Part shown: positions 29,368-44,280 of the stretch, piece by piece
Layout: the number at the start of each line of letters is the position of its first letter
How positions within the stretch are numbered: position 1 is the first letter of the stretch
Assembly: GCA_963729625.1 (NCBI GenBank)
Contig: CAVSOU010000011.1
Location: forward strand, 704,001 to 768,000
Direction of reading: 5' to 3'
From: an uncultured bacterium
GTDB taxonomy: Bacteria > Chloroflexota > UBA5177 > JANWHV01
DNA: 64,000 nt
Program-made: the position numbers and the translations under genes
Notes under the pieces: model-generated
What the model was told of the DNA's origin: nothing
The model's input: only the letters and a program-made list of their open reading frames with translations
The model's database searches: none

Positions 29368-30021
29368 CCACGAAGCGGATTCCCGGCCACCGACGATCGA
29401 ATCGCCGGGATCGTCGCCGCTGTGCCAGGGCGCATGCTATTCCGCAGAACTCTGCCGGCCGGCCTGCGACGACGTTCGACGGTGGTTACAAGTAAGCCAG
29501 GACGTGTCCAGCAACCGATTCACACAGCGGCACGACTGCCACACTCAAGATCCACAGCAGTGGCCTGACGTGGGTTCTGCTAGCGTTCACTTTGTCTCCT
29601 CGCTCCCGGCAAGCCGGCCTGCGGTTGCCGCCGGTCAGTCACGGCCGGTCTTGCCCAGACCACCGCGCGCCACCCTGCAAGTGCCGCCGTCAGCCTACGG
29701 ATAGAGCGGCGCGCCCTCTCGCACTGCCAAAGGGGCCGTGCGAGCGCGCTGCCGTTTGCGTGCCCCCAGCTTTGGGCGGCAGCGACCGCGGGCTGAGCCG
29801 CGTCGGTTCCTCTCTAGCATGGGCGTCTCGCGCCGTGCTGTCAACTTAATGTGAAATATCCTCCATCTATGGACGTGATGATCGCCGACAGATTGGACAT
29901 TTGCTATGATGAACCTACTGCTAATTTCTGACTGCCCATGCGTGCTGCAGGCGACTGGGCGCCCGCTGGCTGCGCGGGCATAGCACGCGGTCCAGTTCTA
30001 AGGGCAGGGTGGAGGCACGGC

Positions 30022-30507
30022 ATGATGGCGGACAGGAACAAGCGTGCGCACATTCACCACCCAAATACCTTCGGGCAACGTGCCGCCGATACTATCGCCA
30101 ACAGCATGGGATCGTGGCCGTTCATCATCTGGCAGAGCGCGATAGTCGGCGTATGGGTCGTGCTCAATATCCTGGGCTTCATTCGCCACTGGGACCCCTA
30201 CCCTTTCATCCTGCTAAATCTGCTGTTCTCGACCCAGGCTGCCTATGCGGCACCGATTATCATGATGAGCCAGAATCGCCAGGCGCAAAAAGACCATCTG
30301 CGCGACGACCATGAGGCCGCTGAGGTGGAGCTGCTCTTCACGATCAACCAGCGACAACTCGAGATTCTGCAGTTACTGCAGGCCGGCATTGATCCCAATG
30401 GAGCTGACAAGGGAGATGGTGATCCGGCGCTTCGGGCAAAGACCGCGAAGTTGCAAGACGAAGCGCGCGAGTTGGCCAGCGAGATTAGCGGGAACGCATC
30501 GTCGTAA
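30022..30507 (+). CDS. DUF1003 family membrane protein
   Basis: GGAGG RBS; GSWPFI, WDPYPFILLNLLFSTQAAYAAPIIMMSQNRQ. Confidence 0.9.
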   Translation: MMADRNKRAHIHHPNTFGQRAADTIANSMGSWPFIIWQSAIVGVWVVLNILGFIRHWDPYPFILLNLLFSTQAAYAAPIIMMSQNRQAQKDHLRDDHEAAEVELLFTINQRQLEILQLLQAGIDPNGADKGDGDPALRAKTAKLQDEARELASEISGNASS

Positions 30508-30926
30508 GGGTGTCGTGCGTCAGAGTTACCGGTAGAGAGATCCACCGAACGCTGTTGCCACGACGATGACGGAGGGCGCGGCGTGGGGCGCCGGAGTACG
30601 AGACGCCCCATCCGGTCGCAGATCGCGCTACGTTGAGGGCGCGGCGGGCGCGATGCCTTCCAACAGGCTGTCGTCGCGGAGCAGCGCCTGCACCTCCTCG
30701 ATGGTGAGCGTGTCGGGCGGCAGCATAATTGCCGAGGCTACGAGGCGCCAGTTCCGGCGCTGTCGTTGGCCGGCGTTGTTAGGCGGGCCAGTTTGGCTTG
30801 ATACCGCTCAGCCCGCGTGTTCGGCAAGGGGTGCTTCCGCGGCTTGCGCCCATGGATCGTACGAGGTGGGTTTTGCGGGTTGATTCTCTTCTCGCCAGGC
30901 ATCTTCATCTCCCTACATGCGTGGTG

Positions 30927-31073
30927 TCAGCGCGCGTTCTTGAGCGGCCGCAGGCTTTGGTGGCAGTACGAACAGGTGACCGACGCGTACGGGATAAGTG
31001 CCGCGCACGCTGGGCATCCGCGAAGGGCACCGTGCGCCGGCAAGCGCTCGCGGCGTGCAAATGAGAATCCCAT
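30927..31073 (-). CDS. Possible small zinc-ribbon protein
   Basis: CPACAALIPYASVTCSYC double CxxC; short, weak RBS. Confidence 0.3.
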   Translation of the reverse strand: MGFSFARRERLPAHGALRGCPACAALIPYASVTCSYCHQSLRPLKNAR

Positions 31074-31167
31074 CGCCCGTCGCCACTGCTTGCAGTATGC
31101 CCCGCCATTATGAAGCCAAGCCCGGATCCACGCAAGCGCGCACCGGGCGACGGTGGAAGGTGTCATA

Positions 31168-31560
31168 TTAGTCATCTTTATAGTCACGTATGCGACCCTG
31201 TTGCTGGCTCAGCGTTTGGACCGGCCCGGAGTCGATCACGAGCTCGGGTAACCTCGAGGTTCCGCCGGCGGCGCAGATTCCTGTGACCTCCTGCGGATGC
31301 TTGCGGAACCACCGGGAGAATCCATCTGTTGCCGATGCCATCTGTTTCATAGCGGCGTCGAGATCGTCGCTCTCAAACGTGGCGATAAACATGTGACCAC
31401 CGTTCGGCATTGGCTGGACATAGCTTCGCTCGCGCAGTCCAGCGTGCTGCCGGGCCGCTACGAGCTCGGCTCGGCGCGGCCCGGTCAGGTCGGCTATGAA
31501 CCGCCGGTGCTGGCCAACATCGGCTTCCGGGACAGGTATCGCCAAAACAAGCAAGGTCAT
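31168..31560 (-). CDS. Hypothetical protein downstream of groEL
   Basis: 130-aa globular-looking ORF starting 22 bp after the groEL stop. Confidence 0.7.
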   Translation of the reverse strand: MTLLVLAIPVPEADVGQHRRFIADLTGPRRAELVAARQHAGLRERSYVQPMPNGGHMFIATFESDDLDAAMKQMASATDGFSRWFRKHPQEVTGICAAGGTSRLPELVIDSGPVQTLSQQQGRIRDYKDD

Positions 31561-31582
31561 AGGCCGGTTCTAGGGCGGGGCC

Positions 31583-33205
<1,623 letters not shown>

Positions 33206-33275
33206 TCATTCCTCCTATTGCAGCGGCACACACGTGCCGGCCATTCCTCATCCTGCTTCAACACAGGGATGCGCC

Positions 33276-33578
33276 TCAGACGATCGCCAGAATGTCCTTC
33301 TCAGACAGGATCAGATACTCTTCACCCTCGAACTTGACTTCGGTGCCGGCATACTTTGCATACAGCACTTCCTCGCCGACGGAGACCTCGGGTACCTGGC
33401 GCGTCCCGTCGTCGAGCACGCGGCCCGGTCCGGCGGCCACGATGGTACCCTTTTGCGGCTTCTCTTTGGCGGTATCTGGCAGGATGACGCCAGCAGCGCT
33501 TACCTCTTCCTTGTTCGCCGGCCTGATCACCACGCGGTCGCCCAGGGGACGGATTCTCAAGGTAATCTGTGTGGACAT
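33276..33578 (-). CDS. groS: Co-chaperonin GroES
   Basis: [28 protein letters not shown]. Confidence 0.99.
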   Translation of the reverse strand: MSTQITLRIRPLGDRVVIRPANKEEVSAAGVILPDTAKEKPQKGTIVAAGPGRVLDDGTRQVPEVSVGEEVLYAKYAGTEVKFEGEEYLILSEKDILAIV

Positions 33579-33820
33579 AATCTACACCTCCCGTGTTGCG
33601 GATACTCCTGCAAAACGCAAGCTTTGCCGGCACTCATGAACTCGTCGGTCCGCCCGTGCGCGATGCGCAAACCAGTGGTCCATGACACATGGAACGGCGT
33701 ACCGGTGGTTGGTCTTGGCGAGGATTCTGCCGCGGCTGAAATGCGCGCTGACAGCGGGCTCACGTGTTCCTACACGCGCCTCTCGAGCAATCGAACCGGA
33801 CCAACCGTCGACGATCCGAA

Positions 33821-33847
33821 TTAGCACTCTCGCATCGAGATTGCTAC
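33821..33847. promoter_or_regulatory. CIRCE element upstream of groESL
   Basis: TTAGCACTC-N9-GATTGCTAC. Confidence 0.9.
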
Positions 33848-33859
33848 TCCCCCACATGC

Positions 33860-33888
33860 ATCATACAGTGTAGAGACGTAGCCGGCAA
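33860..33888 (-). promoter_or_regulatory. groESL promoter TTGCCG-17-TATGAT
   Basis: Lies just upstream of the CIRCE on the groES strand. Confidence 0.7.
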
Positions 33889-33906
33889 TGCCGCCCGCCG
33901 CAATGG

Positions 33907-34520
33907 GTGTCCGCCACATTCCACACATTCTTCGGACTGCCGAAGCTGCAGGGGGGTATCGAGCTGTTCTTCGTCTCGGGCGTCTTGCTGGTGACGGGTA
34001 CGGCGTGGACCGTGACGTTCAATGCGGATCTGATCGCCGCGGGATTGATGTGGCTGTTCGGCGCCGCCGGCTCACTCGGATCGGTGATGAAGATGGCCGT
34101 TACGTACCCGATGCGGCACAAGTTTCGCACCGGACTGACACTGGCAATGTTCAGCCTGGTGATCTTCACGCTGATGGTCATGTCCGTGCTGACCCGAAGC
34201 ACCGCGGGTAGTCTCGTCTATGACCGGGATACTGGTGGCTACCAGATCTACGGAAATACCAGCCAGCCCGCATCGGCGGCCAGCAACGCCGCTGCCATTG
34301 CCGCCGATCCTACCCTCCGCACGGCCATCGTGGCCACAGGCGCGATCGGTCAGGAAGGCGCGGGCGTTAGGCAACCCGGCCAGCCGGATCAGTCGTTCAC
34401 GAGCAGCGTCGTGAACGCCCTGGATACTGCATATCTGTCGACCACGCGATTCACTCTCCACGCTCGGGCCGCCGGCTACACGTCGGACATACAAGTGGGG
34501 CAGACCTTGAAAAAGCTCAG
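33907..34520 (+). pseudogene. Internal fragment of a FtsX-like ABC permease
   Basis: KMAVTYPMRHKFRTGLTLAMFSLVIFTL plus start of a periplasmic domain; truncated at both ends. Confidence 0.7.
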
Positions 34521-35131
34521 TTGCCGCTCGGTGCACGGGTCTCGCCGCCAAGCCCTTCGAGTAGCGCGAGCACCCGGCGCCACAGCGTTTCTGTCGCCGC
34601 ACCATCATATTCTGCCGGCAGGCTCGGGTCGGTAAATAGGTGGCCGGCGCCAGCATATTCGAACAACTCGAAAAGCGCTCCAGCCGCACACACGTCCGCC
34701 GCCATACCATCGATCTCCGCTTGATCACGGAATGGGTCATCACGCATGAAATGCACCTGAGCGGGGACCGTAGCCGGCCACGTTTCCAGCCCCATAACGC
34801 GCAAGGGAAGAGCGGCGTGCAGCAGTACACAGGCAAGCGCACCCGGACGCGTGGCCGCCAGCCACTGTGCCGCCGCGCCACCTGCCGAGAAGCCCATGTA
34901 CACGAGCCCTGGCGACAGCGGCGCGACGTCGGCCGCGGCGCGCCGTAGCAGCTCTCGGTAGCCGATACTGTCCTGGTACGCCATTGCCGGGTCGTATGCG
35001 TCAAAGCACGCCTCACCACGGTAGAGGTCGGGCGTATGTACCGCATGGCCGGCAGCCCGCAGGCGGTCGGCGGCGTCCTTCACGCCGGCGCGCGGCCCAA
35101 GTACGGAGTGAAACAACACGATCTCAGCCAT
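34517..35131 (-). CDS. Dienelactone hydrolase family alpha/beta hydrolase
   Basis: IVLFHSVLG, HTPDLY, GFSAGG nucleophile elbow, GAGHLFTD. Confidence 0.9.
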   Translation of the reverse strand: MAEIVLFHSVLGPRAGVKDAADRLRAAGHAVHTPDLYRGEACFDAYDPAMAYQDSIGYRELLRRAAADVAPLSPGLVYMGFSAGGAAAQWLAATRPGALACVLLHAALPLRVMGLETWPATVPAQVHFMRDDPFRDQAEIDGMAADVCAAGALFELFEYAGAGHLFTDPSLPAEYDGAATETLWRRVLALLEGLGGETRAPSGN

Positions 35132-35256
35132 TGCACAGTCCTTCCGTATGGGAGATAGCGCCTCGCGTGGCGCCTGCCCCTACCTCCTACGATAGCACGC
35201 TGCCCCTGCCATGATCCGGCACGTTTGAGCCTTCAACAGTGGCAGCCGACATGTGA

Positions 35257-35661
35257 TCAATGAGGATCCGGCAGTGTGTACGAGAATACGTACCGGTGTT
35301 CTCCATCGACGATATCGATCGCCAGGATACCGCTGAGCCCTGTTAGGGCAGCGGTGCCGGAATCGGGAACGACCGTGACAGTCAACTCCGGGGCGCCACG
35401 GGTCATGATCCCACGATGCTGCAAGGCGAATGTGCCGCTGCGACCGTGGAGCGTTCCGGTGACCTGCTCCATCGCGACGTACCCGGCCGAGCCCTGCACG
35501 CCAGTCGTGACGCTGAGCATCTGGCCCCAGCTCGTTGCGTCAAGGTCACCGTGGAACTGCTTTTCCAATGTCATCCTGACGACGGACGCGCGCTCCCCTT
35601 CTTCAGTCGCTGGCTGTGGTGTGATCGCTACGTCAAACGTTCCTCGTGCGTGCGCCGTCAT
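35257..35661 (-). CDS. DUF3224 domain protein
   Basis: ARGTFDV, SAGYVAMEQVTGTLHGRSGTFALQH, VVPDSGT. Confidence 0.88.
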   Translation of the reverse strand: MTAHARGTFDVAITPQPATEEGERASVVRMTLEKQFHGDLDATSWGQMLSVTTGVQGSAGYVAMEQVTGTLHGRSGTFALQHRGIMTRGAPELTVTVVPDSGTAALTGLSGILAIDIVDGEHRYVFSYTLPDPH

Positions 35662-35840
35662 CAGCCCCTCCTTCCGGTCTCTATCGGTTCCAGTGCGCTG
35701 CGGCAAACGCCTCGAGCTTCGCGTCCTCACCGGGTCGCTGTCGTCAAGGTCCCGCTTTCAAGTATGCCTTGGCGATCCTCGACAAGCCGGTCTGGTTCCA
35801 AAGGACTCAGTTTGAGCCTTTCGCCCCGACTGCCCGCGCC

Positions 35841-36017
35841 TTACAAGTGGGTCAAGTGCCATGCCGGTGGCCGGTCCAATGGCCGGGCCTTTGCCCGCGC
35901 GTTGCCGAGACTGACAGCGACCAGATCGCCTTCCACGAGGCCGAGCCGCCCAGCTTCCTCGCATACAATCGTGATGATGAGCGAGTTGCCGACCTTCCGG
36001 TCCTTCTGCATGGTCAT
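35841..36017 (-). CDS. AbrB/MazE/SpoVT-type DNA-binding protein (orphan antitoxin, possibly truncated)
   Basis: RKVGNSLIITI...GLVEGDLVAV pattern; no toxin gene downstream. Confidence 0.6.
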   Translation of the reverse strand: MTMQKDRKVGNSLIITIVCEEAGRLGLVEGDLVAVSLGNARAKARPLDRPPAWHLTHL

Positions 36018-36479
36018 GAAAGGGCGATCGGCACTCTCTTGGTGCCTATGCATCTTGCCGTGTTTCCCGTGGTGCATTGCAGCGCAATCGAATCTCAGTA
36101 GTGCTATGCTCCATTTCGACCGAAATGCAAGTAGTTGCAGGAAGAGGCCTCGCGTCAGCCAACGGCCGGTGGCAACCTGTGGCGCGCAGGCAGCTGGTCG
36201 CGCGGCCAACGGAGGGCCGGACCGTGCACTATCGCGTCACAGTACTGGGGCCGGACACGAGAGCAGCATGACCCGGAGCAACGTCGCGACTACGATGCGT
36301 GACATGGCGGGATCCTCTTCTCATTTCAGCGACACCGCGTACGTTCGGCGTACTGCGTCGAGACAAAATGGGAGCACATGCACAACACAAATGTGAAGCG
36401 CTCCCGCACCACTCGTGCGTCCCTGCTTATTGGGCAGGTACGTTAAGTGCCAAGTTGACCGCTCTCTTTTCCGCCGATC

Positions 36480-39249
<2,770 letters not shown>

Positions 39250-39251
39250 CT

Positions 39252-39284
39252 ATTTAGACTAAATCTCATATGATATTTTGTCAA
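39252..39284 (-). promoter_or_regulatory. fur-katG promoter TTGACA-17-TAGTCT with overlapping palindrome
   Basis: -35 at 39279-39284, -10 at 39256-39261; ATTTAG-A-CTAAAT palindrome at 39252-39264; start codon 6-9 nt downstream with no RBS. Confidence 0.7.
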
Positions 39285-39478
39285 GACTCACAGTTCATTG
39301 ACCGCGTGCTTTCATCCGCATCGTGGCGTCGAACGCCGCCGGCTTTGCCGCAGTAGTAGAGGTGTACGGCGTCCTCGACTGTGCGGTGGCCGAAGTCTCC
39401 CGTGCGTCCGCGGCTAGGCTAGTCCAGACCCCGCGTTTCTTGCACACAGCGGATGGCACCGCAAGAACCCCGCGCAGG

Positions 39479-39516
39479 TGCTATACTCCATCTCGAGCGG
39501 AATGAAACTAGTTGCA
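39479..39516 (+). promoter_or_regulatory. Extended -10 (TGcTATACT) plus downstream palindrome TGAAACTAGTTGCA
   Basis: Near-perfect 14-bp palindrome at 39503-39516 upstream of the ECF operon; candidate Fur-family operator. Confidence 0.5.
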
Positions 39517-39601
39517 AGAGCAGTCTATCGCGTCAGCCTATGGCCATTGGCACGGTGAGCCGCGACAGCAGTTGGTCGGGCGGACAAAGGAGGACGGGAT
39601 C

Positions 39602-40885
39602 GTGCATATACCCGATGGCTATCTAAACCCCGCGTTCTCTCTCGGTCTCGGCGTCGTCACCATTCCCGTCTTGGTCGCCGCGACGCGGAAGGTGCAGGAC
39701 CGGCTCGACGATCGTGCCGTGCCGCTCCTGGCGGTCTCGTCTGCGATGTCGTTCACTATCATGATGTTCAACGTGCCGGTGCCGGGCGGCACCACCGCGC
39801 ACGGCGTGGGTGGCACCCTGATCGCCACGGTGTTGGGTCCGTGGGCGGCGGCGTTGTGCGTCACCGTGGCGCTGATCATTCAGGCACTCTTCTTTGGCGA
39901 CGGGGGTATTCTCGCCTTACCCACCAACGCGCTGAACATGGCGATCATCCTGCCCTTCGTCGGCTATGGTATCTATCGCCTGCTGGCTGGGCGCTCGTCC
40001 ATGCTGTCCACGCGGCGCGTGTGGGCGGCAGGGATCGGCGCCTACGTCGGCATTTCGGTGGCAGCTCTGGCCTGTGGCACGGAGCTGGGAGTGCAGCCGG
40101 ACTGGTTCACCGACCATGGCCGAGCGCTCTATTCTCCCTACGATCTGAGCCAGGCAGTGCCGGCCATGCTTGCGGCCCATATGTTCGGCGCCTCGATCGT
40201 GGAGGCAGTGATCACGGCCCTTGGCTTTGCGTATTTGCAGAAGAACCACCCCGAGTACCTGATGACGTCTCTGGCGCCCGAGGACTGGTCCGCGGCTGCG
40301 ACCAAGGCAGCCGCGCAACCATTCTGGCGAGTGCTGGCCCTTGGTCTCGGCGTCGGCATCCCCGTGTTCTTCGCCGCCGGATTGATGAGCGGGCACGGCA
40401 AGCTCAGCAAGCTCTTCGGCGCGGACTGGTCGCAGGTGTCCTGGTCTGATGTACGCGCCATGCTGCTGTGCACGTTCGTCATCGCGATCGTGGTCCTTCC
40501 GCTGGCCTGGTTCGCGCTGCCGAAGCAGGTCCGACCGGTAGGAACTGCCCTTACCGCGATCGCCATTCTGGCTCCGCTCGGGCTGATCGCGCCCGGATTT
40601 GCCTACGGCGAGGGCAGCGCGGAGGATGTGAAGGCGGCGTTCGGTTACGTGCCCAAGGGCCTGCGCGATCTCTCCGGCCTCATCAGCCATCCCCTGGACG
40701 GCTACAATGTGCAGCTACCGTTCTTCAGCGGTGGCAACGCGCCCCTTTGGCACCAGGCCATCGGCTACGAGATCAGCGGAATGGCGGGGATCTTGCTGCT
40801 GGTCGGTCTGGTCTGGGGCCTGGCGACACTGCTGCGCCGCGGACGCGCACAGCGGGTCGCAGCCGCGGAGATCTCACTGCAGTGA
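39602..40885 (+). CDS. cbiM: Ni/Co ECF transporter S component, CbiM/NikM fused to a NikN (PDGLE-like) domain
   Basis: MHIPDG N-terminus after AGGAGG; GGTTAHGVG; QALFFGDGG. Confidence 0.93.
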   Translation: MHIPDGYLNPAFSLGLGVVTIPVLVAATRKVQDRLDDRAVPLLAVSSAMSFTIMMFNVPVPGGTTAHGVGGTLIATVLGPWAAALCVTVALIIQALFFGDGGILALPTNALNMAIILPFVGYGIYRLLAGRSSMLSTRRVWAAGIGAYVGISVAALACGTELGVQPDWFTDHGRALYSPYDLSQAVPAMLAAHMFGASIVEAVITALGFAYLQKNHPEYLMTSLAPEDWSAAATKAAAQPFWRVLALGLGVGIPVFFAAGLMSGHGKLSKLFGADWSQVSWSDVRAMLLCTFVIAIVVLPLAWFALPKQVRPVGTALTAIAILAPLGLIAPGFAYGEGSAEDVKAAFGYVPKGLRDLSGLISHPLDGYNVQLPFFSGGNAPLWHQAIGYEISGMAGILLLVGLVWGLATLLRRGRAQRVAAAEISLQ

Positions 40886-41742
40886 CGCTCCTCTGGAACA
40901 GGCGGCGACACGAGCGGATCGGCTGGCTGGAGAAGACCATGGGCGGCATCGCCGTCTCCATCGAGCGAGCAGTCTTCACTGAAGAGTTGGCGCGCCGGCA
41001 GGGTCCGCTACAGCGGCTCGATCCGCGGGCCAAGCTCGGCATGTTCCTGGTGCTGGTGCTGGCCGCCAGTCTCTCGCACGCGCTCGGTGCATTGCTGGCA
41101 CTCTACGCGGTGCTCCTGCTTGTCGCGAGGGTGAGCCGCGTGCCTCTCGATATCCTGGTCGCGCGTGTCTGGCTGGGCATCCCTCTCTTCGCGGGCATCG
41201 TGATCATTCCCTCGATCTTCTTGACCGGCGGGAGCCGGCTCTTCGACCTGTCGCTGGGACCGGTCACGTTCAGCCCGTCGGCACTCGGCGCCTTCGATGC
41301 CCTGATCTTCGTCACGCGGGTCGGCGTTTGCGTCTCGCTGGCCGTCCTCCTGGTAGTGACCACGCCATGGGCTGACGTACTCAAGAGCCTGCAGGCACTG
41401 CGTGTCCCCCAGATCTTCACCCTGATTCTGGCCATGACCTATCGCTACATCTTCCTCTTCCTGCACATGGCCAACGGCATGATGGAAGCGCGCAAGAGCC
41501 GCATGGTGGGCCGCTCCACCGGCAAAGCCGAGCGACGTTGGATCGCCGGCGCCATGGGTACGCTGCTGCATCGTTCATTTGCTATGAGTAGCGACGTGTA
41601 CGCGGCGATGATTGCGCGCGGTTTTCACGGCGAGGTACGGACTTACTCGACCTATCGCATGCAGGTGCGCGATTGGCTGGCCCTGGTGGCGTCGGGCGCT
41701 CTGGCTGTTGGTACGGTCGTGGCAGGGCGGTACATACGATGA
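40882..41742 (+). CDS. cbiQ: ECF transporter T component
   Basis: GTGA overlap; LDPRAKL, MTYRYIF, ARKSR, AMIARGF. Confidence 0.93.
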   Translation: MTLLWNRRRHERIGWLEKTMGGIAVSIERAVFTEELARRQGPLQRLDPRAKLGMFLVLVLAASLSHALGALLALYAVLLLVARVSRVPLDILVARVWLGIPLFAGIVIIPSIFLTGGSRLFDLSLGPVTFSPSALGAFDALIFVTRVGVCVSLAVLLVVTTPWADVLKSLQALRVPQIFTLILAMTYRYIFLFLHMANGMMEARKSRMVGRSTGKAERRWIAGAMGTLLHRSFAMSSDVYAAMIARGFHGEVRTYSTYRMQVRDWLALVASGALAVGTVVAGRYIR

Positions 41743-42527
41743 ACGACGTTAAGGCACCGGTGGCTGGCGCGCCCGTCTTTGAATTGCGCAACGTCCGCTA
41801 CGTGTACGGTGGGCGGCATGTGGCCCTGGACGGGATCGACCTGGTGGTCCAGGCCGGCGAACGGGTGGCCCTGCTGGGCGCCAACGGCTGCGGCAAGTCG
41901 ACGCTGCTCAAGCTCCTCGACGGCATTATCGCGCCCAGTGAGGGCGAGATGCGGGCGCTGGGGCGCGACGTGGCGCGCGTGGCCTCCGGCAAGGATGCGT
42001 TCCGCTTTCATCGGCAAGTCGGGCTGGTCTTCCAGGATCCGGACGTCCAGCTTTTCTGTGCCACCGTCCTTGACGACGTGGCCTTCGGTCCCTTGCAGCT
42101 CGGGCTCAGTAAGGAAGAGGTGGGGCGTTGTTGCGCGGAGGCGCTGGCCCAGATGGAGATCTCCCACCTCGCCCGACGAGCGCCCTTCGAGCTTTCAGGT
42201 GGTGAAAAGAAGCGGGCCGCCATCGCCTGCGTGCTCTCGCTCCGCCCGGAGGTGTTACTGCTGGACGAGCCCACTGCGTCGCTCGACCCCCGCAGCAAGT
42301 GGCTGCTCATCAACCTCATTCGCAAGCTGGGCGAGCAGGGAACGACGATCGTGGTGGCGACGCATGATCTGGATATCGTCCCCGTGCTGGCCACACGGGT
42401 GGTGATTATTGGCGAGCAGCGACGTATCCTTGCAGACGGCACGCCTGAACGCATGCTTGGCGACCGGCGGCTGCTCGTCGACGCCAATCTGATCCACGAG
42501 CAGTTGCACGAATTTAGCTTTGCGTGA
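41739..42527 (+). CDS. cbiO: ECF transporter ATPase
   Basis: ATGA overlap; GANGCGKST, VFQDPD, LSGGEKKR, LLDEP. Confidence 0.94.
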   Translation: MNDVKAPVAGAPVFELRNVRYVYGGRHVALDGIDLVVQAGERVALLGANGCGKSTLLKLLDGIIAPSEGEMRALGRDVARVASGKDAFRFHRQVGLVFQDPDVQLFCATVLDDVAFGPLQLGLSKEEVGRCCAEALAQMEISHLARRAPFELSGGEKKRAAIACVLSLRPEVLLLDEPTASLDPRSKWLLINLIRKLGEQGTTIVVATHDLDIVPVLATRVVIIGEQRRILADGTPERMLGDRRLLVDANLIHEQLHEFSFA

Positions 42528-42620
42528 TTGAGCGATGGAGCTGAAGCAGCGGTGCGGCCACGATATCGGCCGGCAGGCCGGGCAGGATCACCAATCTGCC
42601 GCCAGACTACGGAGGGGGAG

Positions 42621-43055
42621 ATGACAGCAGGGCACGATGAGGTCGGTGCCGCTATCGCGGTCCTGCGTGGCCTCGGGCTGCGCGTGACGCCGCAGCGCCA
42701 ACTATTGGTGGAGATATCGCGCGGTTTACCGGGTCATTTCACTGCTGAGGAGGTCTATGAGCGGATGCGGGCTACGCTCCCTGCTGTCAGCAAGGTCAGC
42801 GTGTATCGCGGCCTGGAAACCCTGTGCCAGCACGGACTGGTGAGCTGCACGTCGCTCGGCAGCCACGCCGCCCGCTACGAGTGGGTCGGCGCGTCACCGC
42901 ACCACCACCTGGTCTGTTCGCGGTGTGGCCATGTGGAAGATGTGCTGGACGCCGAGCTGGACCCGCTGCGAGCCCAGCTGGCGGAACAGCACGACTTTCG
43001 AGCCGAGATCGGCCACTTCGCCATCTGGGGTACCTGCCGGCATTGCAGCCGGTAG
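42621..43055 (+). CDS. Fur-family metalloregulator (Nur/Zur-like)
   Basis: TPQR, HFTAEE, SVYRGL, HHHLVCSRCG, CRHC; follows the ECF operon. Confidence 0.9.
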   Translation: MTAGHDEVGAAIAVLRGLGLRVTPQRQLLVEISRGLPGHFTAEEVYERMRATLPAVSKVSVYRGLETLCQHGLVSCTSLGSHAARYEWVGASPHHHLVCSRCGHVEDVLDAELDPLRAQLAEQHDFRAEIGHFAIWGTCRHCSR

Positions 43056-43237
43056 CCTAGCCGGCAGGTTCTTTCCCGTCTCGCGGCGCCCGAGACCGAT
43101 TGCGTGCTCACTGGGCCGGCATAGTAAGGGACTTCTATAGAACCTGAGCTGGCCCTAATGTGCAACTCGTTGTATCTAGTGCCAGCAACATCTGTAGTAC
43201 GGCGCGAGACGTCGTGTGGATCACGATGCTGGCGAGC

Positions 43238-43903
43238 CTAGCGAACGGAGGATGTGGGGCGCTTGCTGCTGGATGCGCTCCCAGCTCCTTCCGACGATCG
43301 CGCGTGGGCATTTCGGGCACCGACGCGTTGGCGCCGGTGAGCACGCGACCCGACGCGCTCCAGAACCAGGAAAGCGGCAATGACTGCCAAAACGGCCCAG
43401 ACGATCGCGCGGAGGATTGCCACAAAGACGTTGCCGGCGTAGTAGCCGAGATTTGTCCACAGCAGGGCGCCCTGCGGCACGATGCGCTGCTCGGCGCTGT
43501 CGAACTCCACCCACTGGTGGTGTGATGGCCAGAAATAGGCCACCGTCAGTCGGTACCGGCCGGTATGCCGATACCGGTGCGTTGCCGTGCGACCGAGGAC
43601 CGTACTGCCATCGCCGAATGACCACCGGAACGGCAGGGATGTAGATTCCTTGGGGATTGAGAGACCGACGTTCGCCATGTCTTCCATATAATGCAGGGTG
43701 TCCCCGGGTGCGGCGGCGAGCAGGCTGAAAGAGGACCAGTAGGCCAGAGAAGACGCGGTAACCTTGTCAGTTGTGATCGCCGCTTTATGGCCGTTCACGG
43801 AGAGGGAGGCAATACCGTCAAGGCTGCAGGCTTTGGCGGTCGACGCCAGTACGCCAAACAGCAGAATTGCCAGCAAGACGGGGAAGAAGCCTCTTCGCTG
43901 CAT
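43238..43903 (-). CDS. Membrane-anchored PKD-domain protein
   Basis: Signal peptide; FRWSFGDGS...HRYRHTGRYRLTV PKD pattern; C-terminal TM and basic tail. Confidence 0.8.
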   Translation of the reverse strand: MQRRGFFPVLLAILLFGVLASTAKACSLDGIASLSVNGHKAAITTDKVTASSLAYWSSFSLLAAAPGDTLHYMEDMANVGLSIPKESTSLPFRWSFGDGSTVLGRTATHRYRHTGRYRLTVAYFWPSHHQWVEFDSAEQRIVPQGALLWTNLGYYAGNVFVAILRAIVWAVLAVIAAFLVLERVGSRAHRRQRVGARNAHARSSEGAGSASSSKRPTSSVR

Positions 43904-44185
43904 GTGCGTCGGTCGCCGCCTTTCCGCGTGCGGATGCCCACCCGCGTCATCTTCTTTGCCGTAGCTGCGCGATGCGCTTTCCGGGTGTCGTGGCCTGCAC
44001 GTGTCGCCACAAGTAAGACACGAGGAGTTGTCCCTATTTCGTAGTATGCGTGAACAGCAAGAAACTGGCGCACGTCCGGGATTCTTGCAGCGACGGGGGG
44101 AGGGCCATCACGTACCCCACGCGGTCACGCACTCACAGCGACCACCGCTCTCGGCACAGTGCCGCCAGGTTGCGCGCAATCGCGG

Positions 44186-44201
44186 GATAAGCTGCAGCGC
44201 T
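44186..44201. repeat. 16-bp direct repeat GATAAGCTGCAGCGCT, copy 1
   Basis: Identical at 45856-45871; the pair brackets the kinase gene. Confidence 0.75.
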
Positions 44202-44280
44202 CTGAAGAACAGCGGCAGATACCGGCTCGTGCAATACCGGCGCCCAGGTCGCGCGGCTTCATTCTCCTGCGTGAACGCAC

